Assembly (NCBI GenBank): GCA_041739995.1
Contig: JBGSMV010000047.1
Span: forward strand, 261,682-325,681
Reading direction: 5' to 3'
DNA from: Bdellovibrionota bacterium
GTDB taxonomy: Bacteria; Bdellovibrionota_C; UBA2361; JBGSMV01
DNA: 64,000 nt
The notes beneath the pieces were generated by a model. That model worked only from the letters and a program-made list of their open reading frames with translations, did no database searches and was not told where the DNA came from. Below, piece by piece: positions 28,814 through 37,739 of the stretch (position 1 is its first letter; every line of letters begins with the position of its first letter). The translations under genes and the position numbers were made by a program.

Positions 28814-28841
28814 ATATCGAGCTAAATGAGCGCCTAGTTGA
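28814..28841 (-). promoter_or_regulatory. Possible sigma28-like promoter for the flagellin-like gene
   Basis: Minus strand TCAA-N16-CTCGATAT ten nt before the ATG; imperfect versus TAAA-N15-GCCGATAA. Confidence 0.3.
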
Positions 28842-28969
28842 GCTTTGGGCACTGAAATAAGCTCGGTCAGAACAGAGGGTTAGGGATTGCGATGGGTGGG
28901 TTTAGAGGGGCGCCCTGTTGGTACCAAAATGAGCCTGTCGTTGGCAAAAACGGTTGAGAAGCCAGAGTC

Positions 28970-30034
28970 TCACATAGGAGTAAAGTCAGTCTTCTTCGTA
29001 ATGTCTTTGACAAACTGCGCGAGAAGCTTCGCTGAGCTCTCTAGGTCTTTAAGATGGCAAATTTCTGATTGGGTGTGCATATAGCGGTTAGGAATCCCAA
29101 TCGAGCCAGTAGCAACGCCTCTTTTTGATACCTGAATTGATCGCGCGTCGTTTCCAAGCAAGCGCGAAGAGGGTGCTGGTTGAAGGGAAACCTTGGCCTT
29201 TTTCCCAGCAGCGTGAAGCATTTTCTCAACGACTGGGTTGATATTTGGTCCACGAGAAATTGCTGGCCCGCCACCAAGTTTGCAGGGCGGAGACTTAGCC
29301 GCATCGTGTCCTGGGTTGTCAGAGGCAAAAGTAACGTCAATCGCTATGCCGACTTCGGGATCGATTGAGTAGGCGGCAGTTTGTGCGCCACGTAGCCCAA
29401 CTTCTTCTTGGACGGTACTGGCCGCATACAGTGCGACATCCAGCTTGGCCTTCGCGCATAAGCGAAGTGTTTCCATGGCAATGAACAACCCGACTTTGTC
29501 ATCTAGTCCAGGAGAGCAGATTAGATCTTTCCCCATTTCGAGTACGCCGAGTTTGAAGGTAACCGGGTCACCGATAGTAACTTTGCGTTCTGCTTCTTTC
29601 TGGTTCGCCACTCCGATATCAATCCACATCTTATCCAAGTCGAGCTTGGCCTTGTCACGCTCCTCGCCAGTCTGTAGGTGAATCGGTTTTCTCCCAAAAA
29701 CTCCATCGACTGGACCGGAACTACCATGAATGGTGACGCGCGCACCGAACAGGACTCCGGTGTCGATGCCCCCTAGCGGACTTACGTAAACAAAGCCCTC
29801 TTTCGTAATCTGGCGCACCATAAAGCCAATTTGATCGCAGTGCCCAGCAAGCATCACGCGGCGCGAGGCCTTGGTGTTTATTCCGCAGATAACATTTCCA
29901 TGCAGATCTGTTGTTATGGTCTGTGCAATAGACTTCATGTGAGCGCGAACAATCTTCTGCACCGGCTGTTCAAAGCCAGTCGGAGACGGCGCGTTTAGAA
30001 GATCGAAGAGGAAGCGTTTGGATTCAGAATTCAT
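28970..30034 (-). CDS. M42 family metallo-aminopeptidase
   Basis: SPTGFE, AGHCDQIG, LGGID, LDDKVG, VQEEVGLRGA, IDVT, RYMHT. Confidence 0.92.
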   Translation of the reverse strand: MNSESKRFLFDLLNAPSPTGFEQPVQKIVRAHMKSIAQTITTDLHGNVICGINTKASRRVMLAGHCDQIGFMVRQITKEGFVYVSPLGGIDTGVLFGARVTIHGSSGPVDGVFGRKPIHLQTGEERDKAKLDLDKMWIDIGVANQKEAERKVTIGDPVTFKLGVLEMGKDLICSPGLDDKVGLFIAMETLRLCAKAKLDVALYAASTVQEEVGLRGAQTAAYSIDPEVGIAIDVTFASDNPGHDAAKSPPCKLGGGPAISRGPNINPVVEKMLHAAGKKAKVSLQPAPSSRLLGNDARSIQVSKRGVATGSIGIPNRYMHTQSEICHLKDLESSAKLLAQFVKDITKKTDFTPM

Positions 30035-30810
30035 CAGTTAAATTCCTTCTTCTTAAAAAACAGTACTGCGACAACTAAAAGTACCCCAGAATAGGCGATG
30101 GCGTAGACACTTCCCCATAGCAAGCGGGTAGCGATCTGGTCGCTGTTCCCAAACACAATTTCATTGCTGATTTGGAGCTTTGAAAGTTGGGGAAGGACGT
30201 AATATGCACCACGCAATATGGATGCAAATACGCCTTGAATGGTTCCTTGTTCTATAAAGTACAGCAAATAATCAACGGAACGCCCCACTATGAAGAGCCC
30301 AAAGGTAAATAGACCACTGAGTATTGGGGTGACTACTATGCTGGAAAAGAACATGGCGGCCGCGCACACAATGCTTACTTCAAGAAAAGTAGCGTAGGCG
30401 CCAAGCCAGAGTTGCGGGTTTAGTGTTTGAGTGAAGCAGAACAGAAAAATCTGCAACGCCAACATCATTAGCGTAATTGTGAACGCGATAGTAGCGACCA
30501 TTCCGAAGTATTTTCCGAGAATGAACTGCCAGCGGGATATCGGCTTTGAGAGGATGTTATACACAGTCTTGCGAGCGAGTTCTTTTTCAAGGAGCGAGGC
30601 TCCCCCGATGACGGCAAAGGCTACACTGCATATCGAAATGCTAAAGAGCCCAAAATCTGCAATGACGAGGACTTGATCGCCGAGGGTTACTGACCCAAAG
30701 AGAGAAGCGATCAGGACCATAACAAATGCGAAGAATACTACTGAGTAGAGCGAGCGGCTTCGAAGCAGTTCAATGAGTGTGGTGCGCGCAATCGCCAGAG
30801 CTTGTTCCAT
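30034..30810 (-). CDS. Pilus-associated ABC permease (PilI-like)
   Basis: Six TMs, EKELARKTVYNILSKPISRWQFILGKY, FKKKEF end; follows the ABC ATPase in the pil cluster. Confidence 0.8.
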   Translation of the reverse strand: MEQALAIARTTLIELLRSRSLYSVVFFAFVMVLIASLFGSVTLGDQVLVIADFGLFSISICSVAFAVIGGASLLEKELARKTVYNILSKPISRWQFILGKYFGMVATIAFTITLMMLALQIFLFCFTQTLNPQLWLGAYATFLEVSIVCAAAMFFSSIVVTPILSGLFTFGLFIVGRSVDYLLYFIEQGTIQGVFASILRGAYYVLPQLSKLQISNEIVFGNSDQIATRLLWGSVYAIAYSGVLLVVAVLFFKKKEFN

Positions 30811-30818
30811 AGTATGTC

Positions 30819-31763
30819 TTATCCAGCAGAAATCGCGCCTTCGCGGCGAGTAATGTCCATGAATACGTCTTCGAGCGAGCGGTGCACGAGCTCGAACGAT
30901 TGAATCTCTAAGTCGAGAGAGAGCGCGGAACGAAGGGCGCTTTCTGCGGCCTCACGCTGGGCGAACTGCAAACGAAGAAACCTGTCTTCAGCAACAACAG
31001 AGTCGGGCGGAGTGGGGCAGCGAACCGTGAACGTAGGGTCGGCCCTTAGCACGAGTTGATAATAAGTTTTGCAGAGTTCTGGAGGAGGGGTACGCAAATC
31101 ATAGATCCCTTTGATCTCGCCTTTCACCATGATTGAAGCTCTATCGCACAAAAACTCTACGTCACTAAGAATGTGTGAGGACACGAATATAGTAGTTCCG
31201 TTGCGCTTAAGCTCTGCGAATATATCTCGAAACTCCCGTCTGCCCACTGGATCAAGGCCCGAGAACGGTTCGTCCAGAATCAGAAGTTTAGGGGAGTTGA
31301 GCATGGCCTGCGCCAGGGCGACCCTCTGCGTTAGCCCTTTCGAGAGAGTTCTCATGCGTGACTTTGTTCTTGACGTTAGCTGTACGCAGGAAAGTACGCG
31401 CGAGACCTCGTCGGAGCGCTGGCTGCGAGGGACGCCTGCGAGACAGGCGTATAGCTCTAAGAGTTCACGAACGGTGAGATGATCATAGAAGTATGGCTGC
31501 TCGGGGAGGTAGCCAACTTCTCGACGAGCATGAGGGGAGTGATGGTCATTGCCAAAGATTTCAATCGTTCCGTGTCGGACCTGGATGAGTCCAAGTATAG
31601 CCTTGATGGTTGTGGTCTTTCCGGCGCCATTGTGACCAAGAAATCCGAACGATTCTCCGCGGTGCACCGTCAGAGAAACGTTATTCAGTACCTGCACCTT
31701 CTTTCGTGCCCAGTCGGTGGTGAAGTGATATTTCACCTCGTGAAGTCGTAGCGCATCTGTCAC
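30819..31763 (-). CDS. Pilus-associated ABC ATPase (Myxococcus PilH-like)
   Basis: GHNGAGKTT, GYLPEQPYFYD, LSKGL, LDEP, SSH, SLEDVF. Confidence 0.88.
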   Translation of the reverse strand: MTDALRLHEVKYHFTTDWARKKVQVLNNVSLTVHRGESFGFLGHNGAGKTTTIKAILGLIQVRHGTIEIFGNDHHSPHARREVGYLPEQPYFYDHLTVRELLELYACLAGVPRSQRSDEVSRVLSCVQLTSRTKSRMRTLSKGLTQRVALAQAMLNSPKLLILDEPFSGLDPVGRREFRDIFAELKRNGTTIFVSSHILSDVEFLCDRASIMVKGEIKGIYDLRTPPPELCKTYYQLVLRADPTFTVRCPTPPDSVVAEDRFLRLQFAQREAAESALRSALSLDLEIQSFELVHRSLEDVFMDITRREGAISAG

Positions 31764-31767
31764 GGTG

Positions 31768-32874
31768 TTATTCGGCCTCCATTAAATTAGACGGCGAAGA
31801 ATTCAGTATAGCTGCTTCTGGCGATGCAACACCGGAGGTAGCTTCCTCCGCTGCCATTGCTTCTGCAATGCGACGTTCTCGTTCTTCCTTAGTATTCCAG
31901 GTAGGAGAGAACTGAGGCGTTCCGCTAGAGCTTGTGACTTCACCCGTGGCTTTGTCTAGTGCGTACTTGCCTCCAAGCGGATCCAAAAAGCCGCGTTCGA
32001 GCACCTGATTTGGGACGAGCTTGGTTGAACGTAGTTCCTCAAGCGAGGAAGGCACTCGTCCGTTTGACTCACGGAAGCTGCGGGCAGCCTCTTGGAGCGT
32101 GGTCAGCTCCTTATGGAACATAGTGTCGTTAAGGCGAGCCTGAAGTGCTTCGCGAGCCGCCGGCTCCTTAGTAAGTCTGAGTGCATTTCTAAGGAACTGT
32201 ATCGCCGCATCGGGGCCGTCGCGTGTGACCATAGTACGAGCGGCGAGGCTTTTGATAATTGGATGGGCGTCGGGAAGCTGGGCCGCCAATACGAGGTCCG
32301 CTTCGCCACCCGTTTGGTCATCAAGAAAATAGATTTTCGTGAATCCTCGAATGTAGAGAAAATTCCAATTTGAAGGGAACGTTTCGACGGCGCGATCGAG
32401 CAATCTGACGCTCTCTTCAGGTTGATCTCCTTCCCAGGTGAGTAGCGTGGCGCAAAACGGATAGACATGGCTCAGGCGTGGGTTGAGACGACTGACCAGG
32501 TCGCACATATGGGAGAACCAGCGATAGTTCTTCTCACCGCGGTAGTGTTTGCCGAAATAGTTAATCGTGTTGAACCACAGAAGCTGCGCCAGAACGTTGC
32601 GGTATCCGAGACTTGAGGCCACGGCAGCTTCTGCTGATGGCAAATAAAGCGCTTCGCGAGATTGATCAGTATCTGACTCGAGCGCCAGCTTTCTTGAAGC
32701 TTCAAGGCCTTCTAGTTTTTGCAGACTAGTCCAGAGTAGTGTTGATAAAAGAGCGAGAGTGGCTCCGAGTAGGGCAATCCGGGTGATGGTCGAAACCCAA
32801 ATAGAAACCGAATCTGATGAAGTCGCGCCAGACGAGGAAGCGGGGGGCTGATATGAGGGGGTGGCGGCTTGCAT
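31768..32874 (-). CDS. Pilus accessory protein (Myxococcus PilG-like, TPR-like helices)
   Basis: N-terminal TM, SLGYRNVLAQLLW...YFG, LNP, P-SLEEL...DPLGGKY; lies between pilA and the ABC genes. Confidence 0.65.
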   Translation of the reverse strand: MQAATPSYQPPASSSGATSSDSVSIWVSTITRIALLGATLALLSTLLWTSLQKLEGLEASRKLALESDTDQSREALYLPSAEAAVASSLGYRNVLAQLLWFNTINYFGKHYRGEKNYRWFSHMCDLVSRLNPRLSHVYPFCATLLTWEGDQPEESVRLLDRAVETFPSNWNFLYIRGFTKIYFLDDQTGGEADLVLAAQLPDAHPIIKSLAARTMVTRDGPDAAIQFLRNALRLTKEPAAREALQARLNDTMFHKELTTLQEAARSFRESNGRVPSSLEELRSTKLVPNQVLERGFLDPLGGKYALDKATGEVTSSSGTPQFSPTWNTKEERERRIAEAMAAEEATSGVASPEAAILNSSPSNLMEAE

Positions 32875-32950
32875 TTCGAGAAACGCTATCTGTACGAGGA
32901 TGACCGTGCGCTCGCAAGAGGAGATGGGGAACGTGGATACGAAGAGATCT

Positions 32951-33012
32951 TCACCACGGAGGACTCAGAGGTAGGAATTTTCCTCTGTGTACCTCTGAGC
33001 CCTCTGTGGTGA
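32951..33012. repeat. REP-like hairpin with 9-bp internal period
   Basis: TCACCACGGAGGACTCAGAGGTA / TACCTCTGAGCCCTCTGTGGTGA, 23-bp arms with two mismatches. Confidence 0.65.
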
Positions 33013-33157
33013 GCTCTCATACTGGCGCACTCCTCCAGCTGGTTCAGGTCCAACCATTATCATTTATTGCAGCCTCAGATTAGCACGAAGGCACCTTCAG
33101 GCACCTACCTATTAATAGCGTTCAAACGGCGAGTGAAGAGCGGTCGAGATTTTAGCC

Positions 33158-33188
33158 AAAAAAAAGAGCGGGCCGAAGCCCGCTCTTT
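33158..33188 (-). terminator. Intrinsic terminator of pilA
   Basis: Minus strand AAAGAGCGGGC-TTCG-GCCCGCTC followed by T8, 22 nt after the pilA stop. Confidence 0.9.
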
Positions 33189-33210
33189 AAGAGAACTAGA
33201 GTTCTCTAGA

Positions 33211-33648
33211 TTATGGACAAGCTGCGCCACTTCGGCCAGTCAAGCCACCAGCTGCGCTGTCCCAAAGGTAACAGTCAGCGGTACCATCAACTGATCCATC
33301 AGGATGCGCGGAGCCACCAGTGAAAGATACTGGAGGACCAGCAACTGCCACCATGTCAAGCGTTACGCCAGCGGATGGGCTGAACGCTGGAAGTAGAGCT
33401 TCGCAAGTTCCTGCTCCACCGCCGCCTGCGCCGTCTTCAGTACAATCAATGTAGTTTTCGAAATCAGCAAAGTAGGCTTCTTCGCCAGTCGCTGCATTTC
33501 TTAGATCGCTTAGAGAGCGCGAATCGAATCCTCGAGCTCGGTACTCAGCGAACTGTGGAATAGCAATTGCAGCAAGAATACCGATAATAGCCACTACGAC
33601 GAGTAGCTCAATAAGAGTAAAACCTGCATCCTTCGTCATCTTCCTCAT
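33211..33648 (-). CDS. pilA: Type IVa major pilin
   Basis: Class III signal G|FTLIELLVVVAIIGILAAIAIPQF; GAGGAG RBS before ATG 33648; own sigma54 promoter and terminator. Confidence 0.93.
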   Translation of the reverse strand: MRKMTKDAGFTLIELLVVVAIIGILAAIAIPQFAEYRARGFDSRSLSDLRNAATGEEAYFADFENYIDCTEDGAGGGGAGTCEALLPAFSPSAGVTLDMVAVAGPPVSFTGGSAHPDGSVDGTADCYLWDSAAGGLTGRSGAACP

Positions 33649-33915
33649 TTTCTTTTTCTCCTCAACCATTTTAACGTTAAAATGAACCGCTGCAGGTTCT
33701 CTTGAGCCACCTCATCAAGGCCGCCAGTCTGAAGTTACGAGAGTTCTCATCACTTCCGGCCTTCTAGGGTTTGCCTGGGCTTCTTAGTTCCCTTGCTTCC
33801 CGTCGGGCCCCGAGTTCGTCATGCACGCTCCTAAGGAGGCACACCACAAACACGCTCTCTTGGGCCTAGTTTCTCGACAGGGAGAACCCAGGCCTGCAAC
33901 GTTCCCGTTCCACTG

Positions 33916-33931
33916 AGCAAGTCGGGTGCCA
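33916..33931 (-). promoter_or_regulatory. sigma54 -24/-12 promoter of pilA
   Basis: Minus strand TGGCACCCGACTTGCT matches TGGCAC-N5-TTGC. Confidence 0.88.
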
Positions 33932-33996
33932 AGCGAGAAAGGTTTAGATAATTTTAATCATTCGTAATTTCAGAACGTTGGAGCATGAAAAGGGGT

Positions 33997-34047
33997 GCCA
34001 TTTTGTGGCTACGGCTGCAAAAAATGTCACAAGTGACAAATTTTGCG
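33997..34047. promoter_or_regulatory. Putative enhancer (activator binding sites) for pilA
   Basis: GCCA-N5-TGGC at 33997, TGCA-N5-TGTC at 34016, GACA-N5-TGCG at 34035: 19-bp spacing. Confidence 0.6.
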
Positions 34048-34350
34048 CCTTGGCGGCCGATCTTCTTGATTGGCAGGGTGCTTTTCGTTTGCGGTAGTAG
34101 CCCCTTAGGGTCGGATTCTGCAAAGGGGGTCCATCCACCTGGTCTTGCAGGGCGCCTAGATAGGGAAAGCTGATTCCCCTCCGCTCCGTCTGGGGTCTCC
34201 GCGTACAGAAAAATTAAACAGAAGGTCAGAAGGACCTGAGAACCCAATTGATGGTTACGCGATGTTTTTAGTGGATGAGCGTGCATTCTGGTTAGGATTC
34301 TTTATCGCGGAGAGGGGGAGAGAGCGGAGCGTAGGAGCGCATCCTCCTAA

Positions 34351-36417
34351 TTAAGGAGCTTCAGAGTCAGCGTCATCATGAAGTCCGAACTTCTGCAGCC
34401 GATAGCGAAGTGAGCGAAAGTTTATACCCAATAGCTTGGCAGCCTTCTTCTTCACGCCGCCACTGCGCTCAAGCGCGCTCTCTATGTAACGGCGCTCTAG
34501 TGACTCAAGGATTCTTTCGAGGTCGACAGGAAATTCTACTGACTCATCAATAATAATCGTCGTTTCGGGATTGGACGACGAGCTAGTCTGAGAAGTGGTG
34601 GAGTCAGCTCTCAGTGCTTCGGGGAGATGCTCGGGAAGTACCACTGCCCCACCGAGAACAAACGCTCTCTCAAGTATGTTCTCCAGTTCTCGGACGTTTC
34701 CCGGATAGGTGTAGTTAACCAAAAGCTGCAGTGTCTGCGGCGGCAGTGTGGCAGGGGCTGAACCAATCAGCGATGCTCCCGGTTCTGAACCAACGCGTCT
34801 TTGCGACATAAGGCGCTTCATGATGGAACTCACAAGAAGCGGAATGTCTTCCTTGCGTTCCCTCAGTGCGGGGAGATTGATGCTTATAACGTTTAGGCGA
34901 TAGTAGAGATCTTCGCGGAAATTTCCATTTTCGATCTCTTTCTTCAAGTTTCTATTTGTTGCCGCGATGATGCGTACATCTACTGTGTAATCGCGTTCGC
35001 CTCCAACTGGTCGAATCGATTTCTCCTGGAGTGCGCGAAGCAGTTTCGCTTGCATAAGAGTGGGGAGCTCGCCAATTTCATCTAGAAAAAGCGTGCCGCC
35101 AGAAGCGCGTTGAAAGAGACCAGGATGATCGGCGTGCGCGCCAGTGAACGAGCCCTTTTTGTGTCCGAAGAATTCGCTCTCTAAAAGAGTTTCAGGAATA
35201 GCGCCGCAATTAACCGCAATGAAAGGTTGGTTGAAGCGCGAGCTTTCTTGATGCACGGCACGTGCGACAAGTTCTTTTCCGGTGCCTGATTCGCCATGAA
35301 CAAGAATCGTAGCATCCGACTTGGCGACACGCGTTATTAAACTGAACACCTTTTGCATTACCACGCTCTCGCCCACAAATTCGCCTAGCTTGCGAGGGCT
35401 TGGCGCCGAAGGCTCTGAAGTGGCTGAGAGTAGTCGAGCCATGCGGTCTTGAAGTTCAAGCTGTTCCTCGACGGAGCGAAGTTCGCTGATGTCTTGGAAC
35501 ATAACCACATAGCCACCTTGCTCCGGTAGCGGGCGGGAGGCGCAACGGATGTTTCTTTCTTCGCTCTCATCGTTGAAGAGCAATGAGAGTTCGCCTGAGT
35601 ATCCAGAATCTTCTCGCAAGACCGTCGAGTGGGTGGCTATGTTCTGCAATGCAGTGAGCAGATCTGCACCGCGTAGCGTGCGATCACTCACGTGGAATAG
35701 CTCGGACAGCGCCTTGTTCCAAGTGCGGATATGACCGCTCGGATCAACCACGCACATGCTTTCGGGCAGACTCTCTATGAGGTGTGCTTGCTGCTCGGAT
35801 ACTTGGTGTAGATCTTTCTGGGACTGCGCAACCTGAGCATCTCGCTTCGAGATTGTTTGCATGAGATAGCTAGTCGCTATCGCAACTAGTACCATAGCAG
35901 AGCATAATCCAGTGAGCTGAAGCGCAAGGCCGCTCGAAGGCGTTTCTACTCCTACGCTCCCATCAAGAGGAACAAGCCACGCAACTTTAAGAGCAATGGT
36001 AAGGCCCAGATAGCAGGCGCCACTGGCCGCCGCGGTCATCAGGGCCGTGAGGCGACTCCCAAGCACTGCCGCGACCATTACTACCGGAAGATAGAGAAAC
36101 AGAAAGGGACTTATGGCACCGCCGGTTCCATACACGATGCTAGTTACCAGCAGTACATCAATGGAAAGCTGAGTCACCACAAAGCGTGGTGAATAGGCGT
36201 ATCGCTTTACCCACCACCAACTTCCAAGGCTTGCTGCCAAAAAGCCTACCAGTGGCCATAACATTCGTTTCGCAAGCAGTACCGAGCTTCCGTCAAGCAG
36301 TGCAATCGTCGCAAGCGAAGCCACCAGCGAGAACCCAATCACCGCAAACCGAATGCCGAGCAGCCAGACTAGCTGCATGGTCGGGTTTATTGGTTTTGAA
36401 TCCGTTGCGAGTGACAT
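34351..36417 (-). CDS. PilS-PilR fusion: membrane sensor + PAS + sigma54 AAA+ activator + Fis HTH, without kinase or receiver
   Basis: PilS-like TMs (VYGTGG..SPFLFLY), PAS ending FQDISELR, then [53 protein letters not shown]. Confidence 0.85.
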   Translation of the reverse strand: MSLATDSKPINPTMQLVWLLGIRFAVIGFSLVASLATIALLDGSSVLLAKRMLWPLVGFLAASLGSWWWVKRYAYSPRFVVTQLSIDVLLVTSIVYGTGGAISPFLFLYLPVVMVAAVLGSRLTALMTAAASGACYLGLTIALKVAWLVPLDGSVGVETPSSGLALQLTGLCSAMVLVAIATSYLMQTISKRDAQVAQSQKDLHQVSEQQAHLIESLPESMCVVDPSGHIRTWNKALSELFHVSDRTLRGADLLTALQNIATHSTVLREDSGYSGELSLLFNDESEERNIRCASRPLPEQGGYVVMFQDISELRSVEEQLELQDRMARLLSATSEPSAPSPRKLGEFVGESVVMQKVFSLITRVAKSDATILVHGESGTGKELVARAVHQESSRFNQPFIAVNCGAIPETLLESEFFGHKKGSFTGAHADHPGLFQRASGGTLFLDEIGELPTLMQAKLLRALQEKSIRPVGGERDYTVDVRIIAATNRNLKKEIENGNFREDLYYRLNVISINLPALRERKEDIPLLVSSIMKRLMSQRRVGSEPGASLIGSAPATLPPQTLQLLVNYTYPGNVRELENILERAFVLGGAVVLPEHLPEALRADSTTSQTSSSSNPETTIIIDESVEFPVDLERILESLERRYIESALERSGGVKKKAAKLLGINFRSLRYRLQKFGLHDDADSEAP

Positions 36418-36433
36418 CGACGTGCTCTTTTGT

Positions 36434-37654
36434 TTAGCCCACCACGGCGCCCATCTTGAAGATTGGGAGATACATCGCGATGACGAGTCCTCCGACGATG
36501 GTTCCGAGAACTAAGATCATCAAGGGCTCGATCAGTTGCTTCATCGCACCTACAGCGTTATCGACTTCTTCTTCGTAGAAGTCGGCGATCTTTTGGAGCA
36601 TGGCATCCAGCGCCCCAGTTGATTCCCCCACTCCAATCATTTGTACCACCATGGCAGGAAACACTGCGGATTCTGCGAGTGGTTCGACCATCGATTTGCC
36701 TTCGGAGATCGCTACTCGACACCGTTGCACATCTCTTTCAACTACCTTATTGCCGGCTGTTTTGGCGCAAATATTTAGTGCGTCAAGAATCGGTACGCCC
36801 GAGCTAAGCATGGTGCCAAGCGTTCTGGTGAAGCGCGCCACAGACACTTTGCGAATGATGTCTCCGAAGATTGGGAGCTTAAGCATCACCGGATGCAGAA
36901 CTTCCTTTCCGCGCGGGGTGCCAGCGAAACGAACGAAAGAGAAGAAGGCGGCGAACAATGAACCGAAGATTAAGAAAATATTGTCCACCATGAAGTTGGA
37001 CATGTTGATAACTATTTGAGTGGGAAGCGGAAGAGCTGCGCCGAAATCACTGAAGAGCTCAGCAAAGGTGGGAATAACGAAGATCAAAAGCACGCAAGTT
37101 ACGAGGAATGCAGCTGAGATAACAACTGCCGGATAAATCATGGCAGTCTTGATTTCGCGCTTGAGTTTCATGGCCTTTTCTTGGTGGATCGCCAAGCGCT
37201 CAAGAATTACATCAAGAATACCGCCGTTCTCTCCGGCGTTAACCATGTTCACATAGAGATCGTCGAAGGCTTTGGGAAATAAAGCCATACCATCGGAGAG
37301 GGTTCCTCCGGTTTCGACAGACTCCTTAATGCCAAGGAGAACCTTTCTGAAGGCGGGGTTCTCGTGCTGACGAGCAAGAATATCGAAGGCCTGTACGAGC
37401 GGAAGTCCCGCATCGATCATTGTGGCGAACTGTCTGGTAAACAGAACTACATCCCGCCCTTTTACCTTTGGACCAAGACCTGGAATCTTGATCTCCATTT
37501 CGAGACCCTTGCCCTTCTCGCGAATGGCCTTGGCGTTCGGGGTGATGCGCTGCCCCTTCAGCATATTGAAGACAGCTTGAACGTCGCGGGCATCTACCTC
37601 TCCCGAGACCTTTTTTCCTTTGCTATTGGTGCCCTCCCAAACAAAAACCGCCAT
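36434..37654 (-). CDS. pilC: Type IV pilus platform protein PilC
   Basis: [47 protein letters not shown]. Confidence 0.95.
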   Translation of the reverse strand: MAVFVWEGTNSKGKKVSGEVDARDVQAVFNMLKGQRITPNAKAIREKGKGLEMEIKIPGLGPKVKGRDVVLFTRQFATMIDAGLPLVQAFDILARQHENPAFRKVLLGIKESVETGGTLSDGMALFPKAFDDLYVNMVNAGENGGILDVILERLAIHQEKAMKLKREIKTAMIYPAVVISAAFLVTCVLLIFVIPTFAELFSDFGAALPLPTQIVINMSNFMVDNIFLIFGSLFAAFFSFVRFAGTPRGKEVLHPVMLKLPIFGDIIRKVSVARFTRTLGTMLSSGVPILDALNICAKTAGNKVVERDVQRCRVAISEGKSMVEPLAESAVFPAMVVQMIGVGESTGALDAMLQKIADFYEEEVDNAVGAMKQLIEPLMILVLGTIVGGLVIAMYLPIFKMGAVVG

Positions 37655-37739
37655 ACTGTTCCCCTTGTCTTGTGTCCGGTCTAATTATCGTCGAATTCTC
37701 TTCTGAAGTTTCCTCAGACTCTCTTGTGAGTCGAGCTCT

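Noticed and set aside
33755..33780. c-di-GMP-I/GEMM riboswitch in the pilA leader
   Set aside because: Only GGCAAACC matches; the GNRA-capped stem and downstream GCAAAGC element are not evident.
37685..37712. sigma28 promoter upstream of pilC
   Set aside because: GACGATAA present, but the -35 match and spacing are poor.
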